A stretch of DNA of 64,000 nucleotides from a virus (taxonomy: Duplodnaviria > Caudoviricetes): IMG/VR virus record IMGVR_UViG_3300024269_000048, positions 9,799 through 73,798 of that record, one strand, 5' to 3'. The notes under the pieces are model-generated. The model had not been told where the DNA came from. It made no database searches and worked only from the letters and a program-made list of their open reading frames with translations. Made by a program: the position numbers and the translations under genes. Below are positions 31,020-41,767 of the stretch, piece after piece. Position 1 is the stretch's first letter. Each line of letters begins with the position of its first letter.

Positions 31020-31086
31020 TTTTTAGTCCTCTCCTTTTCAAGTGCCTTAATTCGGTCTAGGTCGCTGTGTGCTTTTGAGTTCCTCC

Positions 31087-32088
31087 TTACGCAAACTTGT
31101 AGTCTACAATATCGTCAAAGCACATTCCGGGATAAGAAGTGAACAGGTCGAGCCAGCACTCTGCCTTTGTTTTACCAGTAGCAAACACATACTCCATTTG
31201 TCCTTCCTCATCGACAACTGCAACTGTAAGCTCCAAGTAGATGTCCTTGCTTGCCTTGGTGGGCAAATTGTCGCTTTTGCCACCATACACATCATCGTCG
31301 CCATCTGTATAGCCATAATCATCGTAAGGATAACGATAGCTAGAATTGTTGCCACTATGTGTACGGTTATTATAATTATAATAGCTAGACTGGTAAGTCT
31401 TAGCAACATACTCAAAGGGCTTATCACACTCGGCCGTAATGAGAACCTGTGCTGCAGAGATAGTATCCATCATCTCATCATAGTTGACATACTCGTTGAC
31501 TGTATGAGGATTATAATATCCACAGGACAGATTAACACCGCACAACTTACTTTCAGGCATGAGTACTGAAATGTCAGTAAACGAACCCTGTGCCAACTTA
31601 TAACCAGTGTTTTCCAACACATAATTAGTGAAATCCTTGTTGTCGCAGGAATAGAATACTGCATCGTTATTGCCCTTGCGGTCAAACTCAATCATAAAGT
31701 TGACATCGAGGTTCTTAATGTAGTCGGTTTTAGCAAACTTTCTTGCGCCAACCGTACCAATTTCTTCATCTTCAAGTAGTAGCACAGAACAATGGTGCTT
31801 CTTGACAAGATTTGCGATAATGAACACTCCACATCTATCGTCGCCACCAATACCCTGAGGAGAGGAGAGCTTTTCACCTTCCTTAATAATAGAAGTGCAC
31901 TGCTCCTTGTGCACGGTGTCCATATGAGCAACGAGCAATACAGGAACATCACCCTTTGCATATAAGAAACCGTCCTCGTTGATGACCTCATACTCCTTAG
32001 ATACAAGATACTTGGACATATATTCTTTGACACCTTCCTGTGTCATGCAGCAAAAATCTTTAAATTTCTTCATTTTTAACCCCTCCAT
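31087..32088 (-). CDS. M28/M20-family zinc peptidase-like protein
   Basis: VAHMDTVH, GGDDRCG, DEEIG, EFDRK, GYYNPH metal-binding motifs. Confidence 0.8.
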   Translation of the reverse strand: MEGLKMKKFKDFCCMTQEGVKEYMSKYLVSKEYEVINEDGFLYAKGDVPVLLVAHMDTVHKEQCTSIIKEGEKLSSPQGIGGDDRCGVFIIANLVKKHHCSVLLLEDEEIGTVGARKFAKTDYIKNLDVNFMIEFDRKGNNDAVFYSCDNKDFTNYVLENTGYKLAQGSFTDISVLMPESKLCGVNLSCGYYNPHTVNEYVNYDEMMDTISAAQVLITAECDKPFEYVAKTYQSSYYNYNNRTHSGNNSSYRYPYDDYGYTDGDDDVYGGKSDNLPTKASKDIYLELTVAVVDEEGQMEYVFATGKTKAECWLDLFTSYPGMCFDDIVDYKFA

Positions 32089-32091
32089 ATA

Positions 32092-33438
32092 TTAAAATTC
32101 AAAACTTAAGGTATGTCTTGATCCAGTGTTACATCTGTCGTGGCTAAGTTGACCACTAGAGCTTATTTCTTCGCCACAATAAGGACAAATTCCACTGTGA
32201 CCAACCACTATGAGGCTGTTGTCGCCAACATTTTTGTAAAGCTCTGTCGGGCAAGAGATATTACAATCTTCTCTATAATTATAGTCTCGATAGTGAACGC
32301 CATGCGACTGTGTTCGTTTCTCACATAAACTACGATTGCCAAGGTGAGACCATGAATTATTGGACAAACCGAGCATAAGTGCAAATTCAGCCTGTACAAT
32401 ATCACGGAACGTCTTATACAGATCAGTGCCACCGTCATTTGACTGAGGATATACTCTTGCCTGCATCAGCATATTGTTGCCAAAGTGGAACATATTACGA
32501 TAAATCTTACCGCTCTGCTGCACATCGGCATCCTTATCGACTGCAAAAGTAATAATAGACGTGCCATCAAGCATATAACTCAATGTACCTCCACAATATC
32601 CGCCACTGTAATAATCTGGCATCTGGCGAACATTCTTCTTGTCAATAGTATGACAACTTGCCCAACTGTTGCCGAAGCTCATAGTTAAATAATCATAAGG
32701 ATTAAGGCTGATATAAAAGTCGAGTTCTCTCTTCAAATCGGATACCAAGTCTGCGTATTGAGCAAACAGTTTGTTATATTTTGCCGATTTTGTAACACCA
32801 TATGCTTCACAAACACGATTAAATGCTCGGCTTGTTTTCAAACCTTCTGCAAGCTTTATACTACTATCGCGTTTCTGAATGGAGCTAACCGCGTTTTTAC
32901 TTAAAGACGGATGTGGAAAATACGCAAAATCTCCGGTTATGATATTGTGGAACGTATTTGCCGCTTGCTTTGACTTCTTTGTATAACCATATTCATCAAA
33001 GTCTTGCATACATCCACGAGAATCCCTCAATTGTTTTATGAATGTCATATCGTGCATTTTCTTTACACCAACGCTTTTGGCACCAGTTAAAATATAGTCT
33101 GTCATTGTTTTGCCATGTTCATCGGTGCGGCTCAAAATAAGATCTCTTGATCCGACTCTTTCCTCGAAGTAAGAGCAAAAACTCTGTACCTCATTGGCAT
33201 CGTTGTCACGAGCAAACTCTCGCCGGAGACTAATGCGCAAATTGCCTACATAATGAGGTGAAGAAATAAACTTCTGAATTAACGGTTCCTTGTTAGTAAA
33301 AAAGGTGTTCAACATTGTGCACACACCGTGTTCAGAATTGCGATGATTATATGTTGTGAGTAACGTCATAATATCATCGACCATCTTGTCTGTGTCAACA
33401 TATCGTCCCCACATTGTCTTAAGTTGGCTCTTGTTCAT
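32092..33438 (-). CDS. hypothetical 448-aa protein
   Basis: Long ORF; ISLNPYDYLTMS..SWASCH conserved-looking core; C-terminal CPYC. Confidence 0.7.
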   Translation of the reverse strand: MNKSQLKTMWGRYVDTDKMVDDIMTLLTTYNHRNSEHGVCTMLNTFFTNKEPLIQKFISSPHYVGNLRISLRREFARDNDANEVQSFCSYFEERVGSRDLILSRTDEHGKTMTDYILTGAKSVGVKKMHDMTFIKQLRDSRGCMQDFDEYGYTKKSKQAANTFHNIITGDFAYFPHPSLSKNAVSSIQKRDSSIKLAEGLKTSRAFNRVCEAYGVTKSAKYNKLFAQYADLVSDLKRELDFYISLNPYDYLTMSFGNSWASCHTIDKKNVRQMPDYYSGGYCGGTLSYMLDGTSIITFAVDKDADVQQSGKIYRNMFHFGNNMLMQARVYPQSNDGGTDLYKTFRDIVQAEFALMLGLSNNSWSHLGNRSLCEKRTQSHGVHYRDYNYREDCNISCPTELYKNVGDNSLIVVGHSGICPYCGEEISSSGQLSHDRCNTGSRHTLSFEF

Positions 33439-33439
33439 A

Positions 33440-34525
33440 TCAATCTTCTCCTTTGTAAATATTTCTCATAATTTTCATCAACTCATTATAATATTGTGTA
33501 GAGAACAATGAGTTGCTTGCGTTGATTTCTGAATACACTCCCCACGAAAGGGCGAATATTTTGTCGTACTTCTTGCTATATACAATTTGACAAGAATTAT
33601 TACGGTAATTGCATTTAAATTTGTCAATAATTCCTAAGTTGGTTATGTTCGCATGGAGATTGTAACGACCATTCCACTTAAAGTCGATACTACCATCGGA
33701 GTTTTTATAATTAACCTGCCACTTACTCATATCAAGGGCGTCTACGGTTGCCATATCATCAAATGCGCCAGGGTACTTGATGAAGAAATCATCGATAGGG
33801 GCAACAGTATTGGCGCCGCAACGGTTATACATACAAGCCTTTCTCGCCTTTACACTTTCAATAGGTGGGGCTGCCCAAGAATTGCCGCAGGTTAATGAGC
33901 ACACGGTTTTCTTCGTTCTAGTATATGTTCCGTCATCATTTTTAACCAAAGACTCTTTAAGTTCCGTTTCACCACTAAACCTCAGGTACTGGCATGTCAA
34001 ACACGGATCACAACTCTGAGCTAACTGTGCATGTTTCTCAATGGCCTTTTTAGTATTTTTGATGATACTGTAGCACTTTGTGCACTGCACATACTTTGTA
34101 CGAGGGTCATTTTCGACGGAGACAATTTCGATAGGGTTAATATAATTTTTATTGAGAGAAAATCTGCTCGACTTGCCGTCCCAGCAAACGTTGTGCCAAC
34201 GATAATCACTGCGAAGCAAAACTCTCGGTTGGTGTGGGTCGGGCTCCGATGTGAACTTGGAGCAAAGTTCAACAATGTCATAAAAACTGTATACCGCCCA
34301 AAGAGGCGAAGGTTTGCTCTTGCCCTTGCAGCAATTATTGGCGTAATGAATGTATGTGTCTCCGTCTCCCCAGTAGTCAAGTTCAAGAAAGCTTGCACCG
34401 CTTTCCCACCTTTTTCCCATAGCATCAAATGCTTCACGCACAGCGTCTGATTCTTCTTTTGTAGTACATTCAATTACCTTCATAGTGTCTAGATTAAAAA
34501 ACTCTTTCAATGTAATCTGAGGCAT
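33440..34525 (-). CDS. hypothetical 361-aa Cys-rich protein
   Basis: Long ORF abutting next gene. Confidence 0.7.
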   Translation of the reverse strand: MPQITLKEFFNLDTMKVIECTTKEESDAVREAFDAMGKRWESGASFLELDYWGDGDTYIHYANNCCKGKSKPSPLWAVYSFYDIVELCSKFTSEPDPHQPRVLLRSDYRWHNVCWDGKSSRFSLNKNYINPIEIVSVENDPRTKYVQCTKCYSIIKNTKKAIEKHAQLAQSCDPCLTCQYLRFSGETELKESLVKNDDGTYTRTKKTVCSLTCGNSWAAPPIESVKARKACMYNRCGANTVAPIDDFFIKYPGAFDDMATVDALDMSKWQVNYKNSDGSIDFKWNGRYNLHANITNLGIIDKFKCNYRNNSCQIVYSKKYDKIFALSWGVYSEINASNSLFSTQYYNELMKIMRNIYKGED

Positions 34526-34660
34526 AATTTTGTTTCTCCTTTGTATTTTTTTTATTTGTATATTAAAAGCTTACGCTTTGAGTTTTCGAAGTTGAGAAAG
34601 GGGCTATCTAGGTGACAGCCCCTTGGTTGCGTGGCTAATTACTTAGCCTTTATTATGTTA

Positions 34661-35230
34661 TTACTGAATAGACGCACGCTTTGCGGCGATAGTCGCAGGG
34701 TCGTTAGTGATTTCGCTCACGAACTTGATTGCCTTAGCAACAAGTGTGGTGTTGTTGGGGTTACGGTACTGATATTCCTTGGCATTTACAAGAGCCCTAA
34801 CCTTGAAGAAACGGTTCTTGAAGTCATAGTCGTAATTTCTGAAGCAGTGCTGCAGATTAGTGCAAACGTGATAACCCTTGGAGCCAAGTACAACATTGTC
34901 GCCATAGGTGTCCTCAACGCCCATTCTATACTTCTTACCCTTACAAGTCATGTTGGCATCTGTGCCCTTGTAAGCATCAACCCAAATCCACTCAAGCTCG
35001 ACAGCCTCAAAGTATCTGTCATCAACAGAGTACTTCTTTCCAACCTTGTCGGGATTAACGTGCTCAAGAATTTCAATCTTGATGTTGTTGCCGTTTGACT
35101 TACGGGGGAAAACTTCAACGACCTTGGCCTTCTGGAGAACAGAGTAGCCACATACGGAGTATTCGGAGTCAGCAGTAGTAAGGGGGCGAATGATAGTGTT
35201 GATAGTAAGCATAGTAAAAATTCCTTTCAT
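34661..35230 (-). CDS. hypothetical protein with DUF7666-like domain
   Basis: AYKGTD.NMTC....Y..G....KGYHVC......RNY...RFFKV pattern. Confidence 0.55.
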   Translation of the reverse strand: MKGIFTMLTINTIIRPLTTADSEYSVCGYSVLQKAKVVEVFPRKSNGNNIKIEILEHVNPDKVGKKYSVDDRYFEAVELEWIWVDAYKGTDANMTCKGKKYRMGVEDTYGDNVVLGSKGYHVCTNLQHCFRNYDYDFKNRFFKVRALVNAKEYQYRNPNNTTLVAKAIKFVSEITNDPATIAAKRASIQ

Positions 35231-35355
35231 CTTTTAAGTTTTTCTTTTGTTTGTTTTTTTTGTTTGTTTGTGTTTAAGAGAATGCGTTAAAGTCGGGGTT
35301 TAGTAGCACAATGGAATCACGTCCTTTCTGTATATATATTAATAGGTTGTAAATA

Positions 35356-35781
35356 TTAGCTATTGCACAGTGCCTCAGCTTCCTGCATGAGTCGCTCTTC
35401 TTTTTCGAGCTTAGCACGCAGTTCTGCATACTTTGCCTTATGCATTGCAAATCTTTCTGCAGCTTCCTTTTTGGCATTTTCCTTTGCAATAATTGCATCA
35501 TAAGCCTTAACCTTTTCGTTACGAACGTTGATGTTGGTTGAAATCTCGTCAAGGTGCTCCATAACATTAGAAACGAAGCAATAGCGTTTGCCCTTACAGG
35601 TCTTGATCTTGCCTGTTACTGCGGCACTCATAGTAGACTGAGTTGCTCCAGTTTTTTCTGCGGCATCAATGACACTTGCATAGACTGAGCCGTCTGTAAT
35701 ACAGAATACAGGCTTGCTATTGCCGTTGACGTGGTGTCCTACTGCCTTTACGTTGGTTGCTCTGCGAATGTTAATAGTCAT
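35356..35781 (-). CDS. NUMOD1/IENR1-type HTH DNA-binding protein with coiled-coil tail
   Basis: KPVFCITDG.VYASVIDAA......STMS....GK.KTCKG; no nuclease domain. Confidence 0.6.
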   Translation of the reverse strand: MTINIRRATNVKAVGHHVNGNSKPVFCITDGSVYASVIDAAEKTGATQSTMSAAVTGKIKTCKGKRYCFVSNVMEHLDEISTNINVRNEKVKAYDAIIAKENAKKEAAERFAMHKAKYAELRAKLEKEERLMQEAEALCNS

Positions 35782-35844
35782 AATTTCTACCTTCCTTTTG
35801 CCTTTTGGCTTTATTTTTTTTATTTTTATCCCATTTGGGATTGG

Positions 35845-37147
35845 TTACTTGTTATATTTTGAGTATCTGGTGTCATTGAGTACTGTGTCTGCCATATAGT
35901 CGCTCCACTCAAGGATTGTGTAGTTGTAATATATATAAAAGTCGCAATTGCAAAAAGTGCCATTGTTAAAGTTGTATGCTGTTTCTGACTTATACTCAGA
36001 ATAGTGCGTTCTATCTATATAGCTATGACCATCACCCCACTTTCTTCCGTTCTCATTCAGATATCGGCAGAAACTTTCTGCTTCTTCTTCAGTCTTGCAA
36101 TGCATAACGTAATTGCCGGGGTATTTATTTATGTCAAAATACATAATTTGAACTCCTCCTTTACGGCACCGTGTGCCTTTGACAGTAATTTGTGCAGTGT
36201 TGTCTGCTCATCTTCGGTCAGAGCATTCCAGTCAATGTTCATATTGAGATGCTCAATGTTGGGTTTAACAATCTCATAACTCCAACCTCGCCTTATTGCC
36301 TCGGCTTTGGCAAGAATTTCGGCTTGTTCATAGTGAAAGGCGTATACCGTAATTGGTCCACCTTTGAAGTGGAATGTGAATGGAAAGTGTTTCATTTGTA
36401 TTTACCTCCTTGTAGGCCATGGCAGTTTATTCCATTTAGTACCGTCCCATTCTGCATAACAGGCTCGGTTATTAAGCATTATATAACGTCTTTCGCCAAC
36501 GTGAGGGTCATAAGTCCATTTCATTTGTGTTCTTCCTCCTGTTCTCGTTCAAGTTCTTCAAGACAACTCTTACAGTTGTCGGTGCAGTTGGTTACTGCGT
36601 TGCACATTGGGCAGTATTTTGACATTGTTATTGTTTCTCCTTGTCATGCTTTAATGGTGTGTGGATATTGCTCCAGTCTAACGCTTGACCACAACGACCA
36701 CAATAACGGTTTCTGTTACTGAACTGATTGAGCAGGAAAAAGGTATCGTCGCATCGTGGGCAACAAATCCAGCCGTTGTTGTCAATTCTCATCTTGGTAG
36801 GTGTTTCTTTGTCTTTTGGAATCATTTGTACTCCTCCTTATACAAAAAAGACCATACTCCAAACATAGATGCCTACGAGTATGGGAATGGCGATGGCTAT
36901 TTCTATATGAATGATTGTGTTAATAATTTCGTTGAGTTTCATAGTAGTTTCAACTCCTTTTATTTTGTTTTATACGTTTTTCGAGTTCACGCATTTTCTT
37001 ACCTTTGATTTCAAAAAGGACTTTTGCAAACTCAATATTTCCGTCATCATCATAATATTCCTTGATGACCATAAATAAAGGTATTTGTGTTTTTGACTTA
37101 AAACTAAATATAATTCTGGTTTTCACCTCAAGTTCCTCCTCTTGCAA
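35845..37147 (-). other. small hypothetical ORFs (35845-36144, 36129-36395, 36628-36825, 36950-37147)
   Basis: ORF track with RBS. Confidence 0.5.
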
Positions 37148-37166
37148 TTTTGAGTATTAAAAAAGA

Positions 37167-37622
37167 CTATCTTTCGATAGCCTTGAGTGCTTGCAGTACC
37201 TTGTTAAATACTGCCTTATTGGGATAATATTTATCGTGAGCAAAGATCTTTATACCACTTCTACTCCTGTATTCAAGAATTGCTGCGGCAACAGCGGCAC
37301 TTCTGCTCTGACCGTGCTCACATTGACAGATTATTATATCTACCTTGTCGTGAATTTCGGCGTAGAACTTGGCAATCTGTCTTGCCTGTTCATCGCTGAG
37401 CATATGATACTTGTCTGCAATAACATCTCGCTCGGCTTCGGTTGTGCCGACAAAGATGTCGTTGTCAACATCATCAAAAGCAAGCCTTAACACATAGTCA
37501 GGCTCATTCTTAAGTTCTGCAAAGTTCCAACTTGCGTCGGTTATGCTGATAAGTGCAGTTTTTGGAGCAAAGTGCATTTGCTCAATTGCATCTCTGCTTT
37601 TAATAAGAATTTTGGACATCAC
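37167..37622 (-). CDS. protein tyrosine/dual-specificity phosphatase-like (CX5R)
   Basis: ICQCEHGQSRSAAVA P-loop, FDD upstream. Confidence 0.75.
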   Translation of the reverse strand: MMSKILIKSRDAIEQMHFAPKTALISITDASWNFAELKNEPDYVLRLAFDDVDNDIFVGTTEAERDVIADKYHMLSDEQARQIAKFYAEIHDKVDIIICQCEHGQSRSAAVAAAILEYRSRSGIKIFAHDKYYPNKAVFNKVLQALKAIER

Positions 37623-38408
37623 CCGTCCCTCCCTCTCACAATTTTAAGTGCTTTCTTAACAAGCGTGGTTATATGGTCATCGGTGCAGTTATACTTATTA
37701 TACCACTCGCAAACGGTCTCTGTCGATACTGTCATTCGCAGACAGTCCCAAGCAAGTCGGGTTTCATAGTCTTTATAAATGCCGTACTCTTTGAGTTTTG
37801 CGGCATACTCTTCAAGGTTTTTGATCTGTTTGAACTTTTCGACTACAAAGTCAAGTTCTGCAGCAAGTTTCATTCGGATACCTCCTGTATATTTATAAGT
37901 TCGACATAAATGCCGTGATTACCACAACAAGTAAGATTATAAGCTTCGGCATAAGCGTCAGCAGTTTTATATCTTGTGCAACCTGCTATGGCTTTCATCA
38001 TTGCGTGGTCATAGTATAAGCCTGTGCAACCGTGGCTTTCGATGTAGTCGGCAACAAGGTCTACGGCTTCAGTTTCATTATAGGCGGCAACTGCAAATTC
38101 GCTTGCTTCTGTTGTGCCTGTTCCTATGGATACAATATAGGCTTTTTCGCCGTGTGTGGCTTGGTTTATGATAGTCATAATATTACCTCTTCTTTTGCGT
38201 GTCTACGCATTCTTTCTCTGATTTCTTCAGGGTGCTTTTCAAGTTCTTCGGCAATATTTACAGATGTTCCGTTTGTTAAAAATCGCATCCAAGCAGAACG
38301 CAAGTCTTTGAGTATAACTCGTTTCTTCCCAGTGGAACTATGAAAATAGTCCTTTACTGCTTGCAACATTAATGCGGCTGCAAGCTGTCTGATAGCGTGG
38401 TCACTCAT
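37619..38408 (-). other. three small hypothetical ORFs (37619-37873, 37870-38178, 38175-38408)
   Basis: Overlapping stop/start codons. Confidence 0.6.
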
Positions 38409-38430
38409 TGTTAGAATCCTTTCTTATTTC

Positions 38431-38464
38431 AAAAATAAAAGCCCAAGCAAGTTTGTGCTCGGGC
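38431..38464 (-). terminator. Rho-independent terminator
   Basis: GCCCGAGCA/TGCTTGGGC stem then TTTTATTTTT on minus strand. Confidence 0.65.
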
Positions 38465-38521
38465 AAAATGTATTCAATGTTATTGTGGGTTACGATATAT
38501 TTACCGTTTGTGATTTTGAAA

Positions 38522-38983
38522 CTACACATAGAATTCTTCAATTCTACCGAAGAATTCTCCTGATGTTATAAGTCCTCTGAAGTACAAAATTGCACTGTCA
38601 AAGCTACATTCTGCTTTGGCTATTGCGTGGGGCAAATGATTTGAATACAAGAACCAACGCAGAGTGTTTCCGTGTACATCTGCAACTCTACATTCATATC
38701 CATTAGTGGCTTTGAATATTTCGGCAGTAATACCACGATATATAATTATAGTCGGCAAGGAGTTAAAAATCTCCTCTATTTCGTCCTCGATATACGCAAG
38801 GGTATCCTCTGCATATTCAAGTGTTTCAGTGTAGTTTTCAAGTGAAACTACGATGTAGTCGTGCAGAGATAATATGTGCATAACTCTGTCGTGCATTTCG
38901 TGTGACAGTTTAACTCCGTCAAGTTCCTCAATTTTTACCCTTTGTGAGCATAGTATATTTAATAATTGTATAGTTTTATTCAT
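38522..38983 (-). CDS. hypothetical protein (153 aa)
   Basis: ORF with GGGGG RBS. Confidence 0.55.
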   Translation of the reverse strand: MNKTIQLLNILCSQRVKIEELDGVKLSHEMHDRVMHILSLHDYIVVSLENYTETLEYAEDTLAYIEDEIEEIFNSLPTIIIYRGITAEIFKATNGYECRVADVHGNTLRWFLYSNHLPHAIAKAECSFDSAILYFRGLITSGEFFGRIEEFYV

Positions 38984-39260
38984 AGTTAGTCCCCCTTAAA
39001 TCATTATTTCCCACGTATCAAAATTGTTTCGATTTGCGAGAATTTCGCCTGTTTCCAAAAGAATTATATTTATAATTTCTCCCTCACTTGCCGTTTTCTC
39101 AATTTTTGCGATAATTTGGGCAAGTGCCTGAAAATCAACATTCTTTGCGACATAATAAGTATACATAAAAGTACCCCCAATAAATAAATTTTGCACTCTG
39201 CATTTATACGGACTTGTGACCGTTAGTAAAGCCAAATTTAGCCTTACAAGTTGCATTACA

Positions 39261-39291
39261 AAAAAGGGTACACTTATAGCGTGTACCCTTT
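39261..39291 (-). terminator. Rho-independent terminator
   Basis: AAAGGGTACAC-7 nt-GTGTACCCTTT perfect stem just after 39318 stop. Confidence 0.7.
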
Positions 39292-39317
39292 GAGGAGAAT
39301 ATGGTTGTGTATGGTCA

Positions 39318-40070
39318 TTATGCGTTCTTCTTGTTGGCTTCACGAGCTGCCTTAGCTGCTTCTTTTGCCTTAGCCTGTTCGTCACGAATAGTCGCAGTAG
39401 ACTTGATATTATAACCGTCAGTAAGACAGTCTGCGATATAATTCTCGATAAGGTCTGCAAATTCGGGAAGTGCAACGGCTACGGGGCGTTTCCAAGTCCA
39501 ATTACCCTTTGCCTTAATATCGTCAACTTTCTTAGTTTTTACGGCAAGAGTAGCAAGGGCTTTCTGATACATATCGAGCATATCAATTTTTTCGGATACG
39601 GTATTTATACCGAGTTCACGCACTCTTGCAATATAGTCCTCGGTCGTTTCTTCTTCTGCTCTTTCGGGACAACCAAGAGTAAGCAAGTCTTCATATCGTG
39701 ACTCTGCCTGTTTTGCCTGTTCTTTACGGATTTTTTCGGCTTTCTTGTATTCTTCAGAATACAGTCTTTTCGGCTTAGTCGCACAATCTCTCATAGTACG
39801 CATAGACGCCTGGTCTATGATAATACGCTCGTCTTTAGTTGTGTAAAGGTCAAGAATTGCCTTAATGTGAACAAATGCGTTGTCAGTGTCGGACTTCTCG
39901 GACTTATGAGCATAGTCCTTCCCTGCCCAAGCAGTCAGTGCGTCAAGGGCGTTCTGATACAGTGCGTTCATTACAGAGTAATCCTCACCAAGTTCGTCTT
40001 TTCCAAGTCTGCCAAGAGTAAGTGCGTTGTCGATTACGAGTTTACGGAGTTTAGTTGCAGTTGTTTTCAT
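39318..40070 (-). CDS. hypothetical helical protein (250 aa), first gene of the leftward arm
   Basis: Start reassigned to MKTTATK; biased codon usage. Confidence 0.7.
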   Translation of the reverse strand: MKTTATKLRKLVIDNALTLGRLGKDELGEDYSVMNALYQNALDALTAWAGKDYAHKSEKSDTDNAFVHIKAILDLYTTKDERIIIDQASMRTMRDCATKPKRLYSEEYKKAEKIRKEQAKQAESRYEDLLTLGCPERAEEETTEDYIARVRELGINTVSEKIDMLDMYQKALATLAVKTKKVDDIKAKGNWTWKRPVAVALPEFADLIENYIADCLTDGYNIKSTATIRDEQAKAKEAAKAAREANKKNA

Positions 40071-41722
40071 AGTATACCTACTTTCTGCCCGTTTTGGGCT
40101 ATATAATATTTTTACGGCTTGTGCCGTTGGAGTGGCAGTTCTTTTTTGGCGTGGAACTACCCTATAAGACACGCATATATAGTGCAAGGGATATAAATAT
40201 CCCGTTATTTTCGTTAGTTTTGTCGGTTGCCGTTTTCTTTCAGTATCGGCTTGCGTGGTCAGTGACTCTCTATAAACTACACGCATTTACATACTTTTTG
40301 CGGTGGTATGTCGGCAATTCTCTCGGTGTTTTGCGTATGTCACGAATAAGGGACAAGTCAACCTTTACGCATATTAAGCGAGTATAGTACCTATTGCACC
40401 TATGCACATATAATTCGCCCTCGTATTCCTTATAGGTTCGCCCTCGGTTCTCGCCAAAAATCACCCCCAAACAACAAATATCACTACTTTTTGTAAGGTC
40501 GCACTTTAAGGAAATACCGATATTTACTAACGGGTTCGCCTACTACTCTTTCAAAGACTTATTATAATATTTTCAAAGAACTGTGATACGAGCCTTGCGA
40601 ATTAACGCAAGTAAGGCAGGTTAATGCTTACTCGTTTTGTGAATATTCGCTCGTAAATTAGTTTAATAATTAAACTTGTTTTATGTGCGATTATTCACTT
40701 TTCAAAGAACTGTTTTCGAGAAACTTAATGTTGTTTGCTTTACCGAAAGTGTTTCTCGCCCTCTCGGTGACCTAATTATAGCACCAAACCAAAACGGACT
40801 AAAAACGCCAAAAAATACGAATTTTTCGGTAAATGGGGGTGGAAAAAACCACAAAGTAAAACCTAATTTTTTCAAAGATCAATGGGTAGTCTTTTTGGAC
40901 ACTGACTGCAAAACAAAAGGCCCCAAATTTGCCCCTAAAATCCACCCTAAAAGCCCTCCAATCCAACCCCCAATCTATACCCCATTTCACCCATCTTCCC
41001 CCTCTAAATCCACCTACAATCCATTCCCAAGTTTTCCACATCCCATCCTACCAGTAAAACCCACACCTTTACCCACTTTTCCACACCTTTTCCACATCTC
41101 CACATCCTAATCGCCAAACAACTAGCAAAATCCAATATTGGACACTTTTCCAAAATTCGTCCAAAATTAAACTCCCGTCCAAACTTCTAAGCACCTTTCC
41201 CAAAGCCTTTCCCTACCTATTTAATTAACCAACGCCCCAAAACCCAAAGTGCCCCTATTCCCAGTCACCGTCCCAACGTCCCCAAGCAAAACCCTACCTT
41301 TATCTATTTAAATGCCCCTCCGGGGGTACTTTCCACCTCCCCATAAACACCTCCTCCCTATACCCCGGGGTACTTTTAACCACGCCAGATCCAACGCCCC
41401 TGGTCTCAGTACCTGTCCCCTATATCAGACCCTAGGCCCGAAGGCTTACGCCCCAGTACCTATTCCCTTTGCCCTAAGTCACAACCCCCACTACATAGTG
41501 CTTCGTCTCCTCGGATTATGTTTACATAACTCCGAAAAATATTATGTATTTATACATAATATTAATATCTATATACTTATCTATATCTATATCCTTATCT
41601 TGTTTATATCTCGTTTTATCCAAGGATATATCCTCTGGTTATATTTAGGTTTTGTTAGGTTTTGTTAAATTGTAAACAAATTGTAAATACTTAACATAAC
41701 CTATTGACAAAACTTTGGTTAT
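40071..41722. other. long divergent non-coding region with extreme C-rich strand skew (candidate origin/terminus/control region)
   Basis: Transcription switches direction here; only 4 G in 40921-41107; several short repeats; ORFs here are low-complexity artefacts. Confidence 0.7.
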
Positions 41723-41755
41723 ATGTTAATATATCCACAACAAAACAAAATGATT
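41668..41755 (+). promoter_or_regulatory. promoter of rightward arm: tandem TTGTAAA, TTGACA-17-TAATAT, ACAAAATGATT leader
   Basis: Repeat 41668-41688, -35 41704-41709, -10 41727-41732, motif 41745-41755 then GGAGG. Confidence 0.75.
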
Positions 41756-41767
41756 GGAGGAATTCTA

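Noticed and set aside
35230-35280. T-rich TTTG/TTTT run as a repeat element
   Set aside because: Simple low-complexity leader sequence upstream of a gene; no regular unit
40676-41668. ORFs 40676-41110, 40799-41041 and 41312-41668
   Set aside because: Pro- or Trp/Gly-rich translations are by-products of the C/G strand skew; no RBS
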